Source: Candidatus Marsarchaeota archaeon
Lineage (GTDB): Archaea > Micrarchaeota > Micrarchaeia > Micrarchaeales > CABMGC01
Assembly: GCA_023379055.1 (NCBI GenBank)
Contig: JAMCSX010000009.1
Span: 10,625 to 74,624 of the forward strand
DNA: 64,000 nucleotides
Direction: 5' to 3'
In this document: piece by piece, positions 26,872-35,616 of the stretch
How positions within the stretch are numbered: the stretch's first letter is position 1
Layout of the letters: every line of letters begins with the position of its first letter
The notes under the pieces: model-generated
The model's database searches: none
The model's input: only the letters and a program-made list of their open reading frames with translations
What the model was told of the DNA's origin: nothing
Translations under genes and position numbers: made by a program

Positions 26872-27477
26872 TCACTTCTTTGCTTCTGCTGTGCCACCTG
26901 CTGGCGCACCTGCCTGAGCTGCCTTTTGTGCAGCCTCTGCAGCCTTCTTAGTCACTCCGACAGTTGCGCCTGTTCTCCCTGTGGACCTTGTCTTCTGCCC
27001 CCTGACCTTCTGGCCATACTTGTGCCTGAATCCCCTCCAGCTCTGTATCCTTATGTCGTTTTCTATGTCCTGTCTTGTCCTTACTATGAGATCAGTGCCT
27101 ACAAGATGCGAATCCAGCCCGGTATCCCTGTCGTTTCTTCTGTTGAATAGATATGCAGGGATGTTTGCCTTCTTTGGATCCTTAAGAAGACCCTCAAGCT
27201 TTGCAACATCCGATTCGCCCAACTTTCCTATCTGTGATTCCTTAGGTATGTTGTAAATGTCCCTGAGGGCAATCGAGAGTGCGCTTGCGATATTGTATCC
27301 TATGCCCTTTATCTGCATTAGCGCGGCAGGTATATCAAGCTCGCCGTCTATGTCCCTGCCAGCTATCCTCACTATGCTGCCGGTCTTCGGCCTTTCCTGC
27401 TTTGGCTTTGCATCATGCTCGTTGTGCTGACCTTTCGCTTCGTCGTCCTTTCTAGTTGGCTCTTCTTCCTTCGCCAT
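26872..27477 (-). CDS. rps13: 30S ribosomal protein S13 (uS13) with charged N- and C-terminal extensions
   Basis: IVRIAGRDIDG..ALMQIKGIGYNIA and WRGFRHKYGQKVRGQKTRSTGR. Confidence 0.9.
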   Translation of the reverse strand: MAKEEEPTRKDDEAKGQHNEHDAKPKQERPKTGSIVRIAGRDIDGELDIPAALMQIKGIGYNIASALSIALRDIYNIPKESQIGKLGESDVAKLEGLLKDPKKANIPAYLFNRRNDRDTGLDSHLVGTDLIVRTRQDIENDIRIQSWRGFRHKYGQKVRGQKTRSTGRTGATVGVTKKAAEAAQKAAQAGAPAGGTAEAKK

Positions 27478-27719
27478 GAATCCACTTTAAATATTAAATA
27501 CTCTAATGATATCAAATTTGCCCTCTTAATGAGGCAAAATCGCTGCGCGGCAAGATACGCACGCCATTATATTGTATTGTAAAGCCTTTTAAACATATCT
27601 AGGTGGCATCTGTTTTGGGAGTTGGCAGATGGCCATAATGCAGATGTCGGAATGCCCAGTCATGAGATCCCGAACCCCTTGTCTATGTAGGCGCAAAACC
27701 ACGCAGTTTACTGGGAGCG

Positions 27720-28940
27720 TCACACATCAAGTATCTCTATTGGCTTTTTATAGTATGCCAGGAACAGCCTCTCTATCTCCTTTTTTTCGGAGTCCTTGAG
27801 GCCGATTGAAGCCCTGCCCTTTTCTTCGGCCAAGGACAGGTCCTGCCGAAGTTTTTCCGAATTTAACCTAGATTTATGCATATCCGATATGGTCGCTTCA
27901 AGAGTGCCAATTCCACTTTCAATTAACGATCTCTCCTGCCTTGCTGACTCAAGCTCCTTTACCATCGAATAGATATCCGAGTCAAGTGCGACAGACACGG
28001 ACCCTAGCAGCTCTTCGCCGTTCTTCACTTCAATAATTCCCTTTTCCACTGACTCCTTAAGTTCCTGCAGCATCGACCTGAACTCCTTGTAGTCTGATTC
28101 TGAGGAAATGCTCTTTATGGGATCCGATATAAACTCGCCGAGATGCCTCTTTCTTACTGAGCTATGATCCAATTTTCTTGACGCCCTCCCAAGCGGCATT
28201 GTAAGCAGGCTTATCCTGTCTGACAAATCAGAAATCTTCCTGTTTGTCTCGGATAGCTTCAATTTGTGCATCTCAAGGTCTTTATGAACACCTGTATTCT
28301 GCGTATCGGCTGCGCTCTTGCTGTTCAGCATGCCCTCAAGTGACCTGGCACTGTCCTCAAATCCCTTTATCTCTGCCAGATGCAGCGCAAACCTGGATAT
28401 GGCCTCTTTCAGCGACACATACTCTGCCGCTTCCTTTTCATGCGCATTAAGCTCGCGCCTTAGTCTCTCTCTGAGTACATCGATGTTTGAGAAAATGGAC
28501 TTGAAGGGCCTCATGTATTTGGAGTAACAGTAAAGTACAGTCTTGTAGGTGGCATTTGACTTCAGTATCTTGTTTATTGAATTGTCTACGCTGAGCAGTA
28601 CTGCGCTGTATCTGTAGTATATGTTCAGAGCCATATCCATATCAAGCACTGCCTCTGACATCATCTGCCTTATCGCTGTCGCATATGATCCTTTTTTTGC
28701 TTTTATCGAATCGATGTTAGGCATCCAGAGGTCCTCAACGTACGGCTCGGCATCAAGCTTGGCCAGATCGTCGCATAGCCTGTAAAAATCCAGCTGGGCC
28801 CTTGCAAGATCCTTTACCAGAGGTTCGGCCCTGACCTGCAGGTTGCCCAGCCTACCCTCGAACTGCGACTCAAGCAGTGACAATAACGAGCCTGGTTCTA
28901 CTTTGTCTGGTTCTTTCTTACTGAAAAACGTGGTAGTCAC
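27720..28940 (-). CDS. Long coiled-coil protein, unknown function (GTG start)
   Basis: 406 aa, heptad-like charged/Leu-rich sequence throughout. No enzymatic motif. Confidence 0.5.
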   Translation of the reverse strand: MTTTFFSKKEPDKVEPGSLLSLLESQFEGRLGNLQVRAEPLVKDLARAQLDFYRLCDDLAKLDAEPYVEDLWMPNIDSIKAKKGSYATAIRQMMSEAVLDMDMALNIYYRYSAVLLSVDNSINKILKSNATYKTVLYCYSKYMRPFKSIFSNIDVLRERLRRELNAHEKEAAEYVSLKEAISRFALHLAEIKGFEDSARSLEGMLNSKSAADTQNTGVHKDLEMHKLKLSETNRKISDLSDRISLLTMPLGRASRKLDHSSVRKRHLGEFISDPIKSISSESDYKEFRSMLQELKESVEKGIIEVKNGEELLGSVSVALDSDIYSMVKELESARQERSLIESGIGTLEATISDMHKSRLNSEKLRQDLSLAEEKGRASIGLKDSEKKEIERLFLAYYKKPIEILDV

Positions 28941-28990
28941 CGATATCTAATCAGAACGCCAAGGTTGGGATTTCCAAAACTTTTGATTAA
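28936..28990 (+). repeat. Degenerate copy (E) of the hairpin + GGxTTCCAA..TTTTGATT element
   Basis: gtcaccgatatctaatcagaacgCCAAggTTGGgatttccaaaacttttgattaa aligns with copy D (tcaactgaaggttgagggcttccaagagtgtttttgattgg). Confidence 0.4.
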
Positions 28991-29143
28991 ACTCTTCCAA
29001 AAGTTTATTTGAACCCAAATGGCCCGTGAGAGCCATACGCTTACAGGAAAAATTTCCAGGCGTACGCGTTACCGGATTCCGCCACCTTGGCACGCTTTTA
29101 ATATCTTCCTCGCAATATATAAATCTAGACACTGGGCATCTGC

Positions 29144-29857
29144 ATGAAGATAGTGCTTTTCGACATCGATGGAACACTGCTGCAGCCCGAGATCAAGTTC
29201 AGCGACGGCGTCCCTATGCGAAGCCTCTTCACCTACTCAATGAAGAAGGTCTTCGGAGCAGACACAACGCTGCCTAAAGACATATCCGGATGGACTGACC
29301 GCGGCGTATTTCTTTATCTCATAGATCAGGCAGGGATCAGCAGGTCTGACGCAGAGCAGCAGATGGACAGGCTTATAGACACTGCAATTGGATTCGTGCG
29401 CGAGAGGATAGAAACCGCGCAGATAAAGAAGACTGAGGGTATAGATGTGCTGCTTGAGGCCATAAAATCAAAGGGATACCCCATGGGATTGCTTACCGGC
29501 AACATACCGGAGATAGCAAGGCTTAAGCTGACCAAGGCTGGCATATACAAATACTTCGGATTCGGAGGATTTGGGACGATATCAGATATAAGACATAGAC
29601 TCATAGACCATGCCATCAATGAAGCTGAATCGAGATTCGGGAAGAGGATAAGCCGCAGGGGGGTATTCTATTTCGGCGATGCGGTCAGGGACGTAGAGGC
29701 ATGGAAATTTGCAGGCGTTGTTACCATAGCTGTTGCGACAGGCACTCAGCCCGTCGGCCAGCTTGAGGGTGCACATCCAGACTATCTGCTCAAAGACCTC
29801 TCAGATACTACCAAAGTCATTGGGATAATAGACGGAAGACAGAGTAATGCGTTTTAA
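29144..29857 (+). CDS. HAD-superfamily hydrolase (phosphatase-like)
   Basis: MKIVLFDIDGTLL motif I, LLTGN motif II, YFGDAVRDVEA motif IV. TATA ATATATAAAT about 25 nt upstream. Confidence 0.75.
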   Translation: MKIVLFDIDGTLLQPEIKFSDGVPMRSLFTYSMKKVFGADTTLPKDISGWTDRGVFLYLIDQAGISRSDAEQQMDRLIDTAIGFVRERIETAQIKKTEGIDVLLEAIKSKGYPMGLLTGNIPEIARLKLTKAGIYKYFGFGGFGTISDIRHRLIDHAINEAESRFGKRISRRGVFYFGDAVRDVEAWKFAGVVTIAVATGTQPVGQLEGAHPDYLLKDLSDTTKVIGIIDGRQSNAF

Positions 29858-29882
29858 TATATCTTTCACTTAAGATTAGATT

Positions 29883-30488
29883 ATGAAGAGACTGGCGGTA
29901 TGCGTTACCGGCGCTTCGGGTGTGGCACTTCCCTACCTATTCTTAAAGGAGGCATCGAAATCCGGAGGAGTTGAGACACATCTCGTAGTTAGCAAATCCG
30001 GCGGACTGGTAATCAAGCAGGAACTTGGCATATCTGTGGCAGAATTCCAGAAGTATACAGGCTTCAGCTATGACGAGAAGAATTTCATGGCTCCTATTGC
30101 GAGTGGATCGTTCAGGCTTGACGGCGTTTTGGTGTCGCCATGCTCAATGAAGACCTTATCAGGAATTGCAAACGGTTACGAAGACAATTTAATAATACGG
30201 TGTGCATCAATAGCACTTAAAGAAAAATGGAGGCTTGTACTCATGCCTCGTGAGACCCCGCTAAGCGTGATACATATAAGGAACATGCTCTCTGTTGCAG
30301 AGGCAGGTGCCATGGTGTTTCCACCAATGCCACAATTTTACTTCAGGCCCAGGAATGTTGAGGATATGATAAGGATGACTGTGGGTAAGATGCTTTCAAT
30401 ATTCGGTATTGACAGTGGACTTTCGAGGGAGTGGGGATCGGACAAGGCGGCGCTAAAGGAGTTTGAGCCCCAATCTGGAACATATTGA
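29883..30488 (+). CDS. ubiX: Flavin prenyltransferase UbiX
   Basis: RLAVCVTGASGVALPY, VSPCSMKTLSGIANGYEDNLIIRCASIALKE. Confidence 0.85.
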   Translation: MKRLAVCVTGASGVALPYLFLKEASKSGGVETHLVVSKSGGLVIKQELGISVAEFQKYTGFSYDEKNFMAPIASGSFRLDGVLVSPCSMKTLSGIANGYEDNLIIRCASIALKEKWRLVLMPRETPLSVIHIRNMLSVAEAGAMVFPPMPQFYFRPRNVEDMIRMTVGKMLSIFGIDSGLSREWGSDKAALKEFEPQSGTY

Positions 30489-30497
30489 GTAGGTAAA

Positions 30498-31904
30498 ATG
30501 ATAAGGGACCTGAGAGGATATATAGATTACCTGTCGAGATCTGGCAGTCTTGGAATTATAAACAACGGGGTAAGCCCAGAGCTTGAGATTTCGGCAATAA
30601 CCGACAAGGAGAATCGAGAGCGCAGGTCCGAAAGCAGATCATTGCTTTTCGAGAATGTGGACGGATATGACATGCCTGTCATGACGAATCTTATGGGCTC
30701 TGTCTCGGTACTTAAAAAGTTATTTTCCGGATTTGGCGTATCAGATTTCCTAAGCAGCATATATTACTCAAAAGGCGTGTCAATGGCGAACGGGGCTAGA
30801 ATTCTTCTTGACTCAAAACCAAAGGTAGTGCGTAGCGGATTCTCAGGATACAAAAAGCTAGGGAGCCTTGACGAGTTACCGATACTGAAGACCTGGCCAA
30901 ACGATGCCGGCAGATACATAACATTGCCCCTTGTCGTAACAAACAGCCCAAGTGATGGCACTACCAACGTCGGGATATATAGGATGCAGGTATTTGATGG
31001 CGAGACTACGGGTATGCACTGGCAGTCGCAGAAAGGAGGCGCAATTCACGCCCTGGAGGCAGAGGAGACTGGCAGTCAGCTGAGCGTATCTATTGCCATA
31101 GGCACCGATCCATTTAACATACTCTCTGCGGTAGCCCCGCTTCCGCATGGAATAAACGAATTTGCATTTGCAGGAATCGCACGAAAGTCCAAAACGGCGC
31201 TTCTGGGATGTGGAGACTATCCTTATGTACCTGCAAATTCAGAAATAATAATAAATGGGTATGTGGATCCGGTTGAGAGGAGAGACGAAGGCCCTTATGG
31301 CGACCACACCGGATACTACAGCATAAAGGAGCCCACATATGTATTCCATATAAAGGCAATATACGCAAAAAAAGATCCGATATATGCGGCAAGCGTTGTC
31401 GGATTTCCGTGGAGTGAGGATAGCACTGCGGGACAATTCCTCATGGAATACCTTAAGCCCATGCTGAGGTTTGTAAACCAGAACATAGCAGACATCTATC
31501 TTCCTCCAGAAGGTGCATTTACAAACATGTGTTTCATAAAAGTGAGGAAGAGATTTCCAGGGGACGTGAAGAAAGCAATGTTCTCCGTACTCGGCACTGG
31601 ACAACTATCCCTCACGAAGATAATCATTGCGTTTGACGAGGATATAGATATCCGCAATCTCAGCCATGTTGTCTGGGCAATATCCACAAGGGTCGATCCG
31701 GACCGTGACATACAGATAATAAAGGGCACAGCCACCGATACCCTTGACCATGCCTCCAATTCTCCTGCCAGGGGTTCAAAGATGCTGATAGACGCTACGA
31801 TGAAGTCAAAGGAGGACGGATATCTCCGCGAATGGCCAGATATTCTTGTGCCTGACAAAGATATTGCAAAAGAGATAGATAGGAAATGGAGCCAGATAAA
31901 CTGA
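30498..31904 (+). CDS. ubiD: UbiD-family (prenylated-FMN-dependent) decarboxylase
   Basis: 468 aa. GIYRMQVFDGETTGMHWQSQKGG and EGPYGDHTGYYS motifs. Confidence 0.85.
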   Translation: MIRDLRGYIDYLSRSGSLGIINNGVSPELEISAITDKENRERRSESRSLLFENVDGYDMPVMTNLMGSVSVLKKLFSGFGVSDFLSSIYYSKGVSMANGARILLDSKPKVVRSGFSGYKKLGSLDELPILKTWPNDAGRYITLPLVVTNSPSDGTTNVGIYRMQVFDGETTGMHWQSQKGGAIHALEAEETGSQLSVSIAIGTDPFNILSAVAPLPHGINEFAFAGIARKSKTALLGCGDYPYVPANSEIIINGYVDPVERRDEGPYGDHTGYYSIKEPTYVFHIKAIYAKKDPIYAASVVGFPWSEDSTAGQFLMEYLKPMLRFVNQNIADIYLPPEGAFTNMCFIKVRKRFPGDVKKAMFSVLGTGQLSLTKIIIAFDEDIDIRNLSHVVWAISTRVDPDRDIQIIKGTATDTLDHASNSPARGSKMLIDATMKSKEDGYLREWPDILVPDKDIAKEIDRKWSQIN

Positions 31905-32740
31905 TGCATGCTGCAAAAGAGCTTTTCATGCCCCAATTGCTCTTCTTCAATTTGTTTTTCGTGTACATGGGCATGCTTGTAGCGCAGAATTATTCGTTAT
32001 GGACTGCAGTACTTCTTACTGTGGCATTTGTATCCGCAAGATCCTCTGGAGTACTAATAAACAGGTACGTGGGGCGCAGCGAGGATCTGGCTGATCCGTC
32101 AAAGATCAAGTCAATGCATAGCCTTAAAATACCGAAGAATGTGCTTATGTTGTTATTCATTGTATTTGCAGCAATATTCGTGTTTAGTGCATATCTCCTG
32201 AACACGCTCTCGCTTATTCTTGCGCCGCTACCGCTTGTGTTTTTTGTAATAGACCCGATGGTAAAACGGCATACAAGCAAGAGACATTATTTCCTCGGCC
32301 TTATAGAGTCATTCGACGTTGCAGGCGGATACATTGGTGCGTCTGGAATATTTCCGTCCAGCATCCTCGTGTACATCCTGATGTTTGCCGTGATATTCAT
32401 AGGTGGTGGATTTGATATACTTATATCCATGCGCAAGGCAGCTTTCGATGCTGGCCACGGGCTTAAGACCATACCATCAACAAGAGGCATGCCTGCAGCA
32501 TTAAACTACTCTCTCTACTCTCACATAACTGCAGCTGCGTTTCTTGTGATTTTTGCAATTATTTCAAGCTCTTACGTAATCCTTGCAGGTGCAGTATTGG
32601 CATCGGCAATCCTTCTGATGCAGCACATCGGCATAGATCCGAATGACGGTCCCGGAACGATGTCAAAGGTAGCTAGATACAATACAGCTGCAGCACTGGT
32701 ATTATTACTTTCACTTTTCATATCAGTGTTAGGTGCATGA
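31886..32740 (+). CDS. ubiA: UbiA-family aromatic prenyltransferase
   Basis: Polytopic. Lies directly after ubiD (alternative start 31904 overlaps the ubiD stop as TGATG). Only weak Asp-rich motifs are visible. Confidence 0.65.
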   Translation: MEPDKLMHAAKELFMPQLLFFNLFFVYMGMLVAQNYSLWTAVLLTVAFVSARSSGVLINRYVGRSEDLADPSKIKSMHSLKIPKNVLMLLFIVFAAIFVFSAYLLNTLSLILAPLPLVFFVIDPMVKRHTSKRHYFLGLIESFDVAGGYIGASGIFPSSILVYILMFAVIFIGGGFDILISMRKAAFDAGHGLKTIPSTRGMPAALNYSLYSHITAAAFLVIFAIISSSYVILAGAVLASAILLMQHIGIDPNDGPGTMSKVARYNTAAALVLLLSLFISVLGA

Positions 32741-33425
32741 CATGAGCAAAGAGTCAATGGAACGGTTTTCAAGAATCCATAGGCATTATGATTTCTTCAA
32801 CCACCTGTTCAGCTTAGGTACTGATATAATGTGGAGGAGAGAGGCTGCAAAGGAGTCTATAATAAACAAGGACAAATACGAAGTGCTGGATATTGCAACA
32901 GGAACCGGAGACCTTGCAATAGCAGTGGCGCAACTTTCGAAGGAGATGGGCAAGAAGGTAGCCATAACAGGAATTGACATTAATAGGGATATGCTCTCAC
33001 ATGTCAGTCCGAAGGCTGAGCGGCTTGGGCTCGGTAATATACATGCAGAACAGGGTAACGCCCTCAAAATGCGTTTCGATGACGCGTCTTTTGACGTAGT
33101 AATAAGTGCGTTTGGACTCAGAAACTTCGACAATCTTGAGACATTTTCAAAGGAACTCAGGAGGGTTATGCGGAGAGGAGGGAAGTTCGTGCTTATGGAC
33201 ATGGCCATGCCATTCAAAGGTGCAAGACTTATGAAGGCTTACTTTGGTGCAATGCGCCTTGTGGGTTCTACAGTGAATCGCAAGGCGTATCGCTTCCTCA
33301 CTGATAGCATAATGCACTTTGACAGGTATGAAATGGCAAGCTTGCTAAAGAAGTCAGGATTCAAGAGAGTAAGGCTGAGAAACCTTAGTGGAGGAATAGC
33401 ATTCATCATATCCGGAACAAGGTGA
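32733..33425 (+). CDS. ubiE: UbiE/MenG-type quinone C-methyltransferase
   Basis: YDFFNHLFSLGTDIMWRR and SAM motif VLDIATGTGDLAI. Confidence 0.85.
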   Translation: MHDMSKESMERFSRIHRHYDFFNHLFSLGTDIMWRREAAKESIINKDKYEVLDIATGTGDLAIAVAQLSKEMGKKVAITGIDINRDMLSHVSPKAERLGLGNIHAEQGNALKMRFDDASFDVVISAFGLRNFDNLETFSKELRRVMRRGGKFVLMDMAMPFKGARLMKAYFGAMRLVGSTVNRKAYRFLTDSIMHFDRYEMASLLKKSGFKRVRLRNLSGGIAFIISGTR

Positions 33426-34304
33426 CTAGAGTGACATACGGATAAGTTCTGCATAGTTTGAGAATATCATATGGGCACTGCTGTGTCTGAGCCTGGACTC
33501 GGAACGATCTATGTACTTATTGTTGAACTGGACGGATTTTAGCAGCGCTTCGTTCTTGCTGAGTCCGTTGTGCCTCTGCATGCTTGATACTATGTTCGGA
33601 GCAACTGATTTCATGCTTCCCGATCTTGCCTCCCGTATAAAATCCATTACATCGTCCCTTATCTGGAATGCCATACCAAGATCGATTCCAGACGCATACA
33701 ATTTGCTGCTGATCCCGTTATTTGAGTGTATGGCAGCGGCACTCCAGCATGCGCCTATGAACGATGCACTCTTCAATGACGCAATCATCATGTACTCTTC
33801 AGGGTTCGGTATTCTGCCTGACTTTTGATATTCATAATCAAGTATCTCCCCGGCGCACATATCCAGGCTTGCCTTGGTCATGGACTTTAAGGTATGCTCA
33901 CCATATTTGGATGCAAGGCTTATGGCTTTTGATAACAGCGCGTCACCAGCAAGAAGCGCAATTGCATCGCCGAATTTCACATGTACCGCACTTACCCCTC
34001 TCCTTGTTGCGTCACCGTCTATCATGTCATCATGTATAAGTGATGATGTATGCATCAGCTCAGCGGCAGCAGCAAGATCCACAAAATCCGAGGCTTTCCT
34101 TCCAGCGACCTTCGCACCCATTAGTACAAGTGCAGGCCTTAGCATCTTGCTGTTCCTGTTAAGCAGATACACTGACGGCAAGAAAAGGTCCCTGTTTACA
34201 AAGTCGGAGACCTTGAGTGACCTTAGCCTTGAGGAGACCATCCTAAGACTTCTCCGTATGTCCACCGGAAGCGATACTCTATGTCTGCTTACAGATACGT
34301 GCAT
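33426..34304 (-). CDS. trans-Polyprenyl diphosphate synthase
   Basis: FARM SLIHDDMIDGD and SARM FQIRDDVMD. Confidence 0.85.
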   Translation of the reverse strand: MHVSVSRHRVSLPVDIRRSLRMVSSRLRSLKVSDFVNRDLFLPSVYLLNRNSKMLRPALVLMGAKVAGRKASDFVDLAAAAELMHTSSLIHDDMIDGDATRRGVSAVHVKFGDAIALLAGDALLSKAISLASKYGEHTLKSMTKASLDMCAGEILDYEYQKSGRIPNPEEYMMIASLKSASFIGACWSAAAIHSNNGISSKLYASGIDLGMAFQIRDDVMDFIREARSGSMKSVAPNIVSSMQRHNGLSKNEALLKSVQFNNKYIDRSESRLRHSSAHMIFSNYAELIRMSL

Positions 34305-34390
34305 TTTGATCGGATGCTGCAGCTAAACAATTGCAGAATATCTTTAAATAGGCTATACAAGCGAAGCATTCTTATCCAAGGGTCTGACTG

Positions 34391-35221
34391 ATGACTCAGA
34401 TAACCAATGCGGTAGATCTAGTGCATGAGGGCAACGATGACAGCGGCAGCATTGGCAATGCGGAAATGATCCTGGGCATGCTCAAGAACACGCTTGTAAG
34501 AAGGCCGCAGCTGTACAAGGAGCTTAGGGTAGCCAAGGAGGTAATCGAGCTGCTGAAGAGCAAGGTATACGCCGGATGCGATGTTCTGCATGGAAATGGT
34601 GAGCCCGTTGTACTCGTCCCCGGATTCAGCGCAACGGACAGCATGATGGCCTTGCTCTACCTATGGCTGAATTCTGTCGGGTACAAAGCATATTATTCCG
34701 GACTTGGCCAGAATAAGTATCCTCCTGAAGAGACGTTGACTGTGCTCGGCAGGACACTAGAGCGAGCAACCGACCGCCAGGGAAAGCCAGCAACACTGAT
34801 AGGATGGAGTTTAGGAGGCGGCCAGTCAAAGGTTCTCTCAGACAGGTATCCTGAAAAAGTGGAAAGGGTAGTTGGACTTGCACCTGTATTCAACAGCGAC
34901 CTTAGCGCAACCCCCATGATCATACCAGTAGCAATACCGATAGCATTATTCAATCTTATCAAGTACAATACAGGCGTTGTAAGTGAGTGGCGAAGGTTTT
35001 TCATGCAACAACTGGACGAGCCAGTCAAGGTTCCCCATTTCTCGATATACTCTGAAAGTGACGGAGTACTTGCTGCAAAGAGTTGCATTCGTGGGGACGC
35101 GGAAAACATACGGGTAAATGGAACACACATGGGCATGCAGTCAAACAGAGAGGTCTTCGAGAACCTTGCATGGATTCTTCGAGATAAGAAGCCGACAAAA
35201 TTGGCAGTCGTCAAAGCCTGA
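34391..35221 (+). CDS. Alpha/beta hydrolase (lipase/esterase-like)
   Basis: Nucleophile elbow GWSLGG; 276 aa. Confidence 0.6.
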   Translation: MTQITNAVDLVHEGNDDSGSIGNAEMILGMLKNTLVRRPQLYKELRVAKEVIELLKSKVYAGCDVLHGNGEPVVLVPGFSATDSMMALLYLWLNSVGYKAYYSGLGQNKYPPEETLTVLGRTLERATDRQGKPATLIGWSLGGGQSKVLSDRYPEKVERVVGLAPVFNSDLSATPMIIPVAIPIALFNLIKYNTGVVSEWRRFFMQQLDEPVKVPHFSIYSESDGVLAAKSCIRGDAENIRVNGTHMGMQSNREVFENLAWILRDKKPTKLAVVKA

Positions 35222-35615
35222 ACTTGTCCCCTATCCCCATCCTGAGTGATTTTGCGGTGCCTTCTCTGAGCTCCACAACGTACCTTGCATCCCTGTCCGG
35301 CTTCACTGATCGACATCCGATTATCGAATTGCATGGCTTTGCGTTTTTCCAGATATGCACTATGCGTCCTCTCTCGTCAAGCCATATTATGTCTATGCTG
35401 AACCTCATTCCGTACATCCAGAATCCGTACCTCCCATTCCTTCCGAACGTGAAGAGCATGCCTTGATCCCTGTCAAGTGCTTTTCTTCCGCTCAGACCGC
35501 GCAACCTCTTGACGAATGAGTCCGCGACCTCTACTCTGAATGGCCTATTTTCGAAGTATATGCGCCTGGTCATGCTGCGACCCCGAAGATGTGGATGTGC
35601 ATTTGCATTACCCAC
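35211..35615 (-). CDS. DUF192-family protein
   Basis: FRVEVADSFVKRLRGLSGR..GMLFTF..FWMYGMRFSIDIIWLD pattern. Confidence 0.6.
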   Translation of the reverse strand: MGNANAHPHLRGRSMTRRIYFENRPFRVEVADSFVKRLRGLSGRKALDRDQGMLFTFGRNGRYGFWMYGMRFSIDIIWLDERGRIVHIWKNAKPCNSIIGCRSVKPDRDARYVVELREGTAKSLRMGIGDKFRL

Positions 35616-35616
35616 G

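Noticed and set aside
27541-27719. Possible small RNA in the 240-bp spacer upstream of the S13 operon (hairpin GGCATCTG..CAGATGGCC, TATA-like CCTTTTAAAC).
   Set aside because: There is only one modest imperfect hairpin. There are no conserved boxes and no second copy in the window. This is not enough evidence without expression or conservation data.
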